A stretch of DNA of 64,000 nt from an uncultured bacterium (lineage in GTDB: Bacteria; Desulfobacterota; Binatia; HRBIN30; CADEER01). The notes beneath the pieces are model-generated. The model did not search any database, was not told the DNA's origin, and was given only the letters and a program-made list of their open reading frames with translations. Positions 27,515 through 35,698 of this stretch are shown here, in pieces; position 1 is the stretch's first letter; each line of letters begins with the position of its first letter. The stretch is from positions 445,783 through 509,782 of the forward strand of contig CAVWTK010000004.1 of NCBI GenBank assembly GCA_963757755.1, written 5' to 3'. A program made the translations under genes and the position numbers.

Positions 27515-28360
27515 TTAACTCGGCGGGTACTCCTCGTGCTGCGGCAGGGCGTCGGCGATGGCAAACCAGGGCGCCCGCGAGCCGACGAAAATGTGCGAGT
27601 CGGGAATCACGGCAGGTGAATCGTCGAGCGATCCCATCGGCACGACCGCCATGCCGCGCTCGCGGTTGATCGTCGGCATCGGCGACCCGCAGGTGCGGCA
27701 GAACGTCTGCGTGAAGCGGTCCGCTTCCGGCACCTTGTAGGCGACGAGCTGGTCGGCTCCGCGCGTGAAGTGGAGGTGCTCGGCAGAGGCGAACATGTTC
27801 GCGGCGTGCGCCGCCGAGCGCGCCTTCCGACAGCGGCCGCAGTGGCAGTTGCGGGCGAGCAGCGGCGGACTGTCGATGACGTAGGCGACCGCCCCGCACA
27901 GGCAGCTGCCGCGCAGCGTCCCTTCCGCCGGCGCGCTGCGCGGCGGATCCGGCAGGACGGTCGCGTCCACGCCCGGCGGATAGGCGTCGAAGCGCGGCAG
28001 CTCGTCGGCGATCTCGTACCAGGGCGCCTTGGAGGCGACGAAGATGTGATCGCCGGGGCGCTCGCCGGGGTCGTCATCGAGGTTGCCCGCCGGCGAGAAC
28101 ACCAGGCCGCTGAACGGCGGGCCCGGCACCACCGACCCGCAGCGGTCGCAGAACGAGCGCGCGGCGCCCGGCTGCGGCGCCCAGGTGGCGACATGCTCGG
28201 CACCACGCAGGCGGTAACCCTCCTGCGGCCCGCCGAGGTACGTCGCGAAGGGCGTCCCGTGCGCCTTGCGACAGCGGCCGCAGTGACAGTGGTGCATGAA
28301 CACGAACGGTCCATCGAGCTCCCAGGTGACGGCGCCGCACAGGCAACTGGCTCGGGTCAT
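27515..28360 (-). CDS. Tandem-duplicated GFA (glutathione-dependent formaldehyde-activating / CENP-V-like) zinc-binding protein
   Basis: There are two copies of the pattern C.CG...........H.CHCG.CRKA.G......CG. Copy 1 is SCLCGAVTWEL...MHHCHCGRCRKAHG...FCDRCGS. Copy 2 is SCLCGAVAYVI...ARNCHCGRCRKARS...FCRTCGS. Confidence 0.8.
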   Translation of the reverse strand: MTRASCLCGAVTWELDGPFVFMHHCHCGRCRKAHGTPFATYLGGPQEGYRLRGAEHVATWAPQPGAARSFCDRCGSVVPGPPFSGLVFSPAGNLDDDPGERPGDHIFVASKAPWYEIADELPRFDAYPPGVDATVLPDPPRSAPAEGTLRGSCLCGAVAYVIDSPPLLARNCHCGRCRKARSAAHAANMFASAEHLHFTRGADQLVAYKVPEADRFTQTFCRTCGSPMPTINRERGMAVVPMGSLDDSPAVIPDSHIFVGSRAPWFAIADALPQHEEYPPS

Positions 28361-28506
28361 GACGATCCTCCTCGCGCCGGCACGCCTGCGGCCGACGGGC
28401 TGTCTCTATGCCGCGGCTGCCGCCGACTCCAGACGCGCGCTCGCACGTCCGTGGACGCGACCGGGCGTTGGCCACTCGCGGCGCCCGTGCTACCCGCCGG
28501 AGCGCC

Positions 28507-29298
28507 GTGCGCCGCTTCCAGCTCTTCGAATGGGAGGATCAACCCTGGTTCCCGTCGCTGCTGCGCGACTACGCCACCGACCATCTCCGCTATGCGCAGA
28601 CCGGCAGCGACATGGAGCCGGCGCACGACGCCATCGCGACACGGCTCGCCGCGGCGCTGGCGTGTCTCGGCGGTACCCGCATCGTCGATCTCTGTTCGGG
28701 CGCGAGCGGCCCCCTGCTGTCGGTGCGCCCGCTGGTCGAGGAGAAGATCGGCCGGTCGGTCGAGATCGTGCTGACCGATCTCTATCCCAACGCCAGGGCC
28801 TTGGGCGCCGTCGCGGGCGATGGCGTCCGCGGCGAGCTCGCCCCGGTGAATGCCACCGACGTACCGGCGGGGCTCACCGGCCTGCGCACCATGTTCGCGG
28901 CCCTGCATCACTTCCCGCCCGCCGCGGCGCGAGCGGTGCTCGCCGACGCGGTGCGCCAACGGTCCGGCATCGCGGTGTTCGAGCCGTTGGAGCGCACGGC
29001 GCGCATGATCGCCCTCGTGGCGCTCAGCGGCGTCATCCGCGGCCTCCTGGTGACGCCGGTGATCGGCAACCTCTCCGTGGCGCGACTCCTGGCCACCTAC
29101 GTGGTGCCCGTCGGGCCCCTGCTGCTCACCTGGGACGGCGTCGTGTCGGCCCTGCGGACCTATTCGGTCGACGAGCTCCGCGACCTCACCCGCAGCCTCG
29201 GGGACGTCGGATATGATTGGGAGATCGACCGATTTCCCCTCGCCACGGCGGTGGGCGACGTCCACTGGACCTCCCTGATCGGCCTGCCGAGACACTGA
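28507..29298 (+). CDS. Putative class I SAM-dependent methyltransferase-like protein
   Basis: GTG at 28507. FEWEDQPWFP...RIVDLCSGASGP (a glycine-rich SAM-loop-like motif) ...VLTDLYPN. The assignment rests on motif resemblance only. Confidence 0.45.
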   Translation: MRRFQLFEWEDQPWFPSLLRDYATDHLRYAQTGSDMEPAHDAIATRLAAALACLGGTRIVDLCSGASGPLLSVRPLVEEKIGRSVEIVLTDLYPNARALGAVAGDGVRGELAPVNATDVPAGLTGLRTMFAALHHFPPAAARAVLADAVRQRSGIAVFEPLERTARMIALVALSGVIRGLLVTPVIGNLSVARLLATYVVPVGPLLLTWDGVVSALRTYSVDELRDLTRSLGDVGYDWEIDRFPLATAVGDVHWTSLIGLPRH

Positions 29299-29339
29299 GG
29301 GCAATCGTCGGACGAGCTGTTCCGGGAGACACTTTCGGT

Positions 29340-29431
29340 CCCCGAAAGGCGCTGCTCCCGCAGCGCCTGGCAGGTGGGTCGATCGAGTCCGCGGTGAGCG
29401 GCCGCGCGGGAGCGCGGCCCTCCATTCGGGG
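29340..29431 (+). repeat. Structured dispersed repeat, copy 1 (two 8-bp hairpins plus closing stem)
   Basis: GGCGCTGC-TCCC-GCAGCGCC (29348-29367) ... GGCCGCGC-GGGA-GCGCGGCC (29400-29419), flanked by CCCCGAA / TTCGGGG. It is homologous to 34586-34685. Confidence 0.65.
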
Positions 29432-29594
29432 CCTGGAGGCACCCGTTGCCCTTGAAAAGGGGTGTGAAATCTCCTCACCAGCCGATGACGGTATTCTTGA
29501 CTCGCGACAAGTTCCGAATAGGGTGTAGAGTTCACTGCGTCGCAGCGCGCTCCTGCGCCGACGAGGAGCGCCAAGATGCGCGCAAGGAGGCAGG

Positions 29595-29942
29595 ATGGCC
29601 TTGACACTGGATGAGGCGAGAAATGTGTTGTGGACGCTGGTTCGGACCATCGACCGCAAAGCCGACCTCGTCGTCACCGCCCAGACGGGCGGCGAGGCTG
29701 GCGTCACCGCCGTCGTCACCCTGCGCAAGCACAAGGCGACCCTCGTCATCCCCGCAAAGGAGATCGAGGCCGCTCAGGAGTCGACGATCAATCGCTCCAA
29801 CTTGCGCACCACCATCAAGCGCGCCATCGACCGCGCGAGCTTCATTCCGCCGCCGATGGCCAGCACCAAGGTGAACCGCGGCCCTGAGATCGACGGCGGC
29901 TTCTTCCGCAACAATTCCGGACCGCGCTCGCCCCGCCGCTGA
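29595..29942 (+). CDS. Hypothetical small protein (115 aa)
   Basis: A strong SD AAGGAGG (29584-29590) lies 4 nt upstream of the ATG. Codon usage resembles the neighbouring genes. I recognised no family. Confidence 0.55.
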   Translation: MALTLDEARNVLWTLVRTIDRKADLVVTAQTGGEAGVTAVVTLRKHKATLVIPAKEIEAAQESTINRSNLRTTIKRAIDRASFIPPPMASTKVNRGPEIDGGFFRNNSGPRSPRR

Positions 29943-30088
29943 ACGGCAACGGGGTCGGGCCGCAAGCATATCCCCGCGCCCCCAGACAGACGTGTGACAC
30001 CCCCGAGGCCCCGCTACGGCAGGGTCACGGGGTACTGACGGGGCCCGACCGAGTGGTCAGGATCCTCGTCACCGACACGACGCCCGCA

Positions 30089-31378
30089 TCACTCGCCCTG
30101 CCCGCGGCGGGTGTCGCCCGAGAAGAACCCGCGCTTCTTGCGGGGCGGCGCTGCCGCTGAGGCCGGCGTGTCCTCGACCACCGGCGTCGGCAGCGGCGCC
30201 GCGTCGGGCGCCAGGTATTGCTTGTAGAGCTCGCCGGCCACGGCCTTGAGCCCCTCTTCCGCCTTCGCGCCACCGATGTTGGTCATCAACACCATGGCCG
30301 AGTCGTGGGCCGTATCGATCCAGATCTGGGCGACGTTCAGGCCGTTCGACCCGCCGTGGTAGAGGAGCGGCTGCGCCGCCCACTCGACGGTCAACCGGCC
30401 CCATCCCAATGCGTACTCACCGCCCGGCGGCGTGCCCGGCTTGGCGTCCACCGGGACGGGCATGCTGATCACCGGGGTGTGCAGCTTGCGCATCGTCTCC
30501 GGCGACACCAGCGCCGGCGCGTGCGCGCCCTCGCCGGCGTTCCACGCCGCCCAGCGGGCGAAGTCCACGACCGACATGTGCGCGATCCCGGCCGGCCCGA
30601 TGACCGGCGGATTGTCGCCGTTGGGCCCCGCCAGCATCGCCTTCGGGGTGCCGCTCCCCGGCGCGTGGCCGAGCGGCGCGTCGATGCGGCCGATCGACGC
30701 CTGATTGCCGAGACCGGCCGTCCGCAGATGCAGCGGCGTGAAGACCTTCTCGACGATCAGCTCGTCCCACGTGCGGCCGGTGACGCGCTCCATCATCGCG
30801 CCGGCCAGCACGTAGTTCATGTTGGCGTAGGCGAACGTCGTCCCTGGCGTCGACACCAACTTCTGCGGGCACCACTCCCGCACCAGCCAGTACCGGAGCT
30901 CGTCGAGATTCCCCTCCTGGGTCTGCGACCGCTCGAGCGCACTCGTGAACGCCTGATCGTCGCTCGGCACGCCGCTCGTGTGGGAGAGGAGCTGCGTGAG
31001 CGTCACCTTGGCCAGGCCGGGATCCATGCGGCCGGCGAGCTCCGGAAAGACCTCGCCGACAGTCGAGTTCCACCGTAGCTTCCCCTGCTCCACCAGGATC
31101 GCGGCGAGGAGTGCCGTCATCGCCTTGGTATCCGAGCCGAGGTGAAAGCGGTCGTCGAGCGTCACCGGCGCGTTCACCCCGAACCGACGCGTACCCACCG
31201 CACCGGCCGCGACCACCTGCCCGCCGCTGGCGACAGCGGCGGCCAGCGCCGGCAGGCCGTAGGTCGCGAGGTACGGCTGCAAGGTCGCATCGAGCGAGGC
31301 GGGCGCCGCGTGCGCCGCGGTGCTGCTCACGATCGCCGCTACGAGAATTCCGAGACACCTGCGACTGTTGCCCATCAT
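30089..31378 (-). CDS. Secreted beta-lactamase-family serine hydrolase
   Basis: ATG-ATG at 31378 gives the signal peptide MMGNSRRCLGILVAAIVSSTAAHA. The SxxK motif is in HLGSDTKAMT, and YANMNY (YxN-like) is present. The long N-terminal extension of the track ORF is rejected. Confidence 0.8.
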   Translation of the reverse strand: MMGNSRRCLGILVAAIVSSTAAHAAPASLDATLQPYLATYGLPALAAAVASGGQVVAAGAVGTRRFGVNAPVTLDDRFHLGSDTKAMTALLAAILVEQGKLRWNSTVGEVFPELAGRMDPGLAKVTLTQLLSHTSGVPSDDQAFTSALERSQTQEGNLDELRYWLVREWCPQKLVSTPGTTFAYANMNYVLAGAMMERVTGRTWDELIVEKVFTPLHLRTAGLGNQASIGRIDAPLGHAPGSGTPKAMLAGPNGDNPPVIGPAGIAHMSVVDFARWAAWNAGEGAHAPALVSPETMRKLHTPVISMPVPVDAKPGTPPGGEYALGWGRLTVEWAAQPLLYHGGSNGLNVAQIWIDTAHDSAMVLMTNIGGAKAEEGLKAVAGELYKQYLAPDAAPLPTPVVEDTPASAAAPPRKKRGFFSGDTRRGQGE

Positions 31379-31477
31379 CTCACTCCCCGCGTGCGCTGCG
31401 TTGCGCTCCTGGCTTATGGCAAATGGCGGGTGGCCGGAAGCCATGCGGCAACGGCGCCAGCCAAGCGAGGAGCAGGT

Positions 31478-32092
31478 ATGTCGCTGAAGATGGTCGTGTT
31501 CTACGGGTCGGTACGGTCGCAGCGCCAGGGGATCAAGGCCGTGCGCTTCGTGATGAACAAGTGTCGCGAGCGCGGCCACGAGGCGGTCTTGATCGACCCG
31601 CAGGAGTTCGCGCTTCCGCTGATCGACAAGATGTACAAGGAGTACGCGCCGGGCCAGGCGCCGCCGCTGCTGCAACGCATGGCCGACCTCGTGATTCCGG
31701 CCGACGCGTACATCGTCGTCTCCGGCGAGTACAACCACAGCGTTCCGCCCGCGCTCGCCAACCTGCTCGATCACTTCCTCGAGGAGTACTTTCGCAAGCC
31801 CTCGGCGATCGTGTCGTATTCGGCCGGCAGTTTCGGCGGCGTCCGCGCCGCGGTCGTGCTGCGCTCGATGCTCGCCGAGATGGGGATGTCGAGCATTCCC
31901 TCGACGTTGCCGATCCCCACCGTGCAGAACGCCTTCGACGACGCCGGCGCACCGACCGATCCGCGTTTCCACAAACGCGCCGACCGCTTCTTCGACGAGC
32001 TCGAGTGGTACGCCACCGCGCTGCAGGCCGCCCGTGGCCGTGCCTGCGCGCGCAGCGAGTCGGATACCGCCGAGCTCGTCCTGAAGAAATAG
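31478..32092 (+). CDS. NAD(P)H-dependent FMN reductase family oxidoreductase
   Basis: ATG at 31478. MSLKMVVFYGSVRSQRQG...VVSGEYNHSVPPALANLLDH is typical of the flavodoxin-like FMN reductase fold. Confidence 0.8.
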   Translation: MSLKMVVFYGSVRSQRQGIKAVRFVMNKCRERGHEAVLIDPQEFALPLIDKMYKEYAPGQAPPLLQRMADLVIPADAYIVVSGEYNHSVPPALANLLDHFLEEYFRKPSAIVSYSAGSFGGVRAAVVLRSMLAEMGMSSIPSTLPIPTVQNAFDDAGAPTDPRFHKRADRFFDELEWYATALQAARGRACARSESDTAELVLKK

Positions 32093-32217
32093 CCGCCTCG
32101 TTTGACTGTCACGGTCACGGCGACGTACGCCTCGCACAGGCCATCTGGTTGCGGCGACGGCGGGAAGTCGCTCCTGGGGGGCGTCGGGTCGGACGCTGCG
32201 GGAAAGGATCGCGTCCG

Positions 32218-33390
32218 GTGTCGAAGCAATCGATCCGCGTCTGCCTGGTCGTCCTCAGCGCACTCGTCGCCGCGTGTGGGGATTCGTCCTCGTCGTCCAG
32301 CTCGGCGGGGAACGACGACGTCGTCTTCAGCCCCGAGGGCAACAACCTCTGGGCCTACGAAACGACGCCGCCTTTCGTCTCGCAGAAGGTGAACGCCGCG
32401 AACCACACCTTCGACGGGACCCCGGGCAATCCGGATGCCTGGGACATCAACGGTGAGATCTGCCACTTCACCAAGGGCGGCAAGCGCTATCTGGTCAGCG
32501 GCGAGGACACGCACCAGCCCGACCCGCCCGCCGGATGGGGCATCTTCGAGCTGACCGGCGACGGCGTCGGCGACTTCGCGCTCAAGACGCGCGTGGCGCG
32601 CCTCGTCCCGACCTACCAGGACACGCCCGACGGTCCCGACAACTACGGCTGCGCCGTGCTCTCGGACGGACGCATCCTCACCACCGACATCGGCAACAAC
32701 GCGGGCGGCGCCGCCAACGGCCAGCTCATCCTGTGGTTCCCGCCGTTCACCGGCGAGGAGATCTCGTTCTGCAAGCTCGACCTGCACCTCGCCACTGGCC
32801 AGGGCATCTACGTCGACAAGCACGACAATCTGTATCTGAACTCGCCGCGTACGGCGGTGGAGCCGGACGCCACCTCCGCCGGCATCTTCAAGTACAGCCC
32901 GCCCTACCCGACCTCCGCCGACGCCCGCGGCGGCTGCGGCCGAATCGACAACCTCGGCTCGCCGCTCGCCGATGCGATCCACAAAGAGCGCGTGCTCGCC
33001 GCGCCGGACCACGGGTTGGCGACGCCCTCGGGCATCACCGGCGGCAGGAACGGACACTTCTACGTCGCCAGCGTGCTCAGCGGCCTCATCAACGAATACG
33101 ACAAGGACTGGCAGTACGTGCAGACCGTGCTGCGCCCGCCGGCGGGCGACCGCATCAGCATGACGAAGACCTACACGACCGGCACGCCGCTCGGCGTCAC
33201 CGTCGGCGATGACGGGACTCTCTACTACGCCGACATCGGCATCATCATCCGGCCGACCGGCCCGGGACCGGGCGACCATCTCGGCTCGCTGCGGCGCATC
33301 ACATTCAACGACGACGGCACGCCGAACCCGCCGGAGACGATCGCCGACAACCTGCAGTTCCCCGACGGTCTCGGGGTGTGGAAGCCGTAG
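32218..33390 (+). CDS. Lipoprotein, possible beta-propeller fold (function unknown)
   Basis: GTG at 32218. The lipobox is LSALVAAC followed by GDSSSSSSS. The repeated GxxYxxD/NxLYxxx-type strands are only suggestive of a propeller. Confidence 0.6.
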   Translation: MSKQSIRVCLVVLSALVAACGDSSSSSSSAGNDDVVFSPEGNNLWAYETTPPFVSQKVNAANHTFDGTPGNPDAWDINGEICHFTKGGKRYLVSGEDTHQPDPPAGWGIFELTGDGVGDFALKTRVARLVPTYQDTPDGPDNYGCAVLSDGRILTTDIGNNAGGAANGQLILWFPPFTGEEISFCKLDLHLATGQGIYVDKHDNLYLNSPRTAVEPDATSAGIFKYSPPYPTSADARGGCGRIDNLGSPLADAIHKERVLAAPDHGLATPSGITGGRNGHFYVASVLSGLINEYDKDWQYVQTVLRPPAGDRISMTKTYTTGTPLGVTVGDDGTLYYADIGIIIRPTGPGPGDHLGSLRRITFNDDGTPNPPETIADNLQFPDGLGVWKP

Positions 33391-33481
33391 AAGGAACGGC
33401 GGAGATGAGACGGCCCACCGTCGAGCCTGAAACTCCCTGCCCGCGCAGCCAACAGCCTCACCACTGACCCCTGTCCCTCCC

Positions 33482-34546
33482 ATGCCGCGCGGGGTCATCG
33501 TCTGGGGTACCGGCAACGTCGGCGTGCCGGCGCTGCGCATCGTCCTGGCCAATCCGGCGCTGCGCCTCGCGGGCGTGATCGTCTCGAATCCCGCCAAGGT
33601 CGGCAGGGACGCCGGCGAGCTGTGCGGCCTACCGCCAACCGGCGTGCGCGCAACCGATGACGTCGACGGCGCCTTCGCCGCGGGTGCCGATGCGGTCGCC
33701 TACTGCGCCTCGGGCGACTTCCGGCCGACCGAGGCGATCGACGACATCGAGCGCTGCCTGCGCGCCGGGCTCAACGTCGTCTCGACGTCCATCTACCCGC
33801 TCTACGATCCCCTTCCGCTCCCGACGACCTGCGCGAGCGCATCGGCGCCGCCTGCACGGCGGGCAACGCATCGATCTTCGTCTCCGGCGTCGATCCCGGC
33901 TTCATCAACGACATCATCCCGCTGCTGCTCAGCGGGCTGTGCGAGCGGGTCGACGAGATCCGGGCATTCGAGCTCTTCAACTACGCGACCTACGCCCAGC
34001 CCGACGCGGTGCGGAACCTGGTCGGCCTGGGCCAGCCGATGGACGCCACGCCGCCGATGCTGACACCCGGCGTCCCGACGATGGTCTGGGGCGGCCCGAT
34101 CCGCCTGATGGCGCGCGGCCTCGGTCTCACCCTCGACGAGATCCGCGAGTCCGTCGTGAAGCGCCCGCTCGCGCGTACCGTCACCAACCAGCTCGGCCAG
34201 TTCGACGCCGGCACGATGGGCGCCTTCCGCCTCGAGATCCAGGGCATCGTCGGCGGCAAGCCGCTGCTGGTCGTCGACCACGTCACCCGCATCGTCAACG
34301 ACATCGCCCCCGAATGGCCGAAGCCGAAGGGCGACGGGGCCCACGGCGTCGCCATCACCGGCCGCCCGAACCTCACCGTGACGTTCGATCCCGAGGACGA
34401 CGACCGGCAGCGCCGCCGGCGGCGGCAACACCACCGCCGCGGCCCGCATCGTCAACGCCATCCCGTTCGTCTGCGCCGCGCCTCCGGGCATGCTCGACGC
34501 GCTGCAGGTACCGCTGCCGATCGGCCGCGGCCTGGTGCGGCCGTAG
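33482..34546 (+). pseudogene. DapB-like NAD(P)-binding dehydrogenase (dihydrodipicolinate reductase N-domain / amine dehydrogenase family), frame broken twice
   Basis: The Rossmann N-terminus is VIVWGTGNVGVPALRIVL. The sequence continues in a second frame from about 33820 (FVSGVDPGFINDIIPLLLSG...) and in a third frame from about 34400 (...RIVNAIPFVCAAPPGMLDALQVP). Stop at 34544-34546. Confidence 0.6.
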
Positions 34547-34585
34547 AGCGTCCTGACTCCGTGTGCACCCCACGCCTCCAAGCCT

Positions 34586-34685
34586 GATTGGAGGGCGCCG
34601 CTCCCGCGGCGCCTGGCAGCGGGGTCGGGTTTGCGATGTACCATCCGGGACAGGCCGCGCGGGAGCGCGGCCCTCCAATCGGGGG
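34586..34685 (+). repeat. Structured dispersed repeat, copy 2
   Basis: GATTGGAGGG (34586-34595) pairs with CCCTCCAATC (34671-34680). Internal hairpins are GGCGCCGC-TCCC-GCGGCGCC (34594-34613) and GGCCGCGC-GGGA-GCGCGGCC (34653-34672). Confidence 0.65.
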
Positions 34686-34782
34686 TTGATAACGCGTCGA
34701 GGTGCTTGACCGCGCCGCGTGGCAGCGCCTATCGGTCGCGCGCGATCCGCGCACGGCAGCGCCGCGGCGAGAGGAGATCCGT

Positions 34783-35574
34783 ATGGCACGCAAGGGCGAA
34801 GGGCAGACCGCGCTCGTGACCGGCGCGAGCATGGGCATCGGCGTCGATCTGGCCGAGTGCTTCGCGCAGGATGGCTACGACCTGATCCTCACCGCGCGCT
34901 CCGCGGACGCGCTGCAGGAGGTCGCGACGCGGCTGGCCGCGGCACACGGCGTGACGGCCACGCCGATCACCGGCGATCTCGGCGTGCCGGGCGGCGGCGC
35001 CACCCTGGCGGCGACCATCGCGGCGCGCGGGCTGGCCGTCGACGTGCTGGTGAACAACGCCGGCTACGGCATCGCCGGCGCGTTCAACGGCTCGGATCGC
35101 GCCAATCAGCTGGGGATGATCGACCTGAACGACCGCGCGCTCGTCGAGCTGACCCACATCTACTGGCCGCGCATGCTGGCGACTCGCACGGGCGGCGTAC
35201 TCAACGTCGCCTCCACCGCGTCGTTCCAGCCGGGACCGCTGATGGCCATCTACTACGCATCCAAGGCCTTCGTCCTGTCGTTCTCCGAGGCGCTGTGGAA
35301 GGAGGCCGAAGGCACGGGCGTGCACGTCAGTTGCCTGTGCCCCGGCCCGACGGTGAGCCAGTTCCGCGAGCGCGCCGGCACCGGCAAGACCCGCCTGGCG
35401 CGCAACACGCCGATGAGCTCGGCAGAGGTGGCGAAGTTGGGCTACGCCGGCTGGCAGGCCAACCGGCGCGTGGTCATCACCGGCGCGCGCAACGCCATCC
35501 TCGCACGGCTGGTGCCCTTTCTGCCGCGCCGCACCCTCCTCGGCATCGTCCACAACCTGCAGAGCCCGACGTAG
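34783..35574 (+). CDS. Short-chain dehydrogenase/reductase (SDR) family oxidoreductase
   Basis: ATG at 34783. TALVTGASMGIG (TGxxxGIG), NNAG, and the catalytic YYASK. Confidence 0.88.
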   Translation: MARKGEGQTALVTGASMGIGVDLAECFAQDGYDLILTARSADALQEVATRLAAAHGVTATPITGDLGVPGGGATLAATIAARGLAVDVLVNNAGYGIAGAFNGSDRANQLGMIDLNDRALVELTHIYWPRMLATRTGGVLNVASTASFQPGPLMAIYYASKAFVLSFSEALWKEAEGTGVHVSCLCPGPTVSQFRERAGTGKTRLARNTPMSSAEVAKLGYAGWQANRRVVITGARNAILARLVPFLPRRTLLGIVHNLQSPT

Positions 35575-35698
35575 CCGCGACGCCGCCGCCGATTTGCGGC
35601 GGGCCCCGCGGACTGCTGCAGTGGGGCCCGTGACTCCACTCGGCGCCGCACGGGTACGGGGCATCTCAGGTCGCTCTTCGCGGCCCGCCCGCCGGTGG

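Noticed and set aside
31111-32217. N-terminal extension of the lipoprotein ORF (759-aa track ORF), and the similar extension of ORF 30089..32137
   Set aside because: The extensions overlap real genes in other frames (the FMN reductase and the beta-lactamase-family gene) and have shadow composition. The true starts are set by the signal peptide and lipobox (32218 and 31378).
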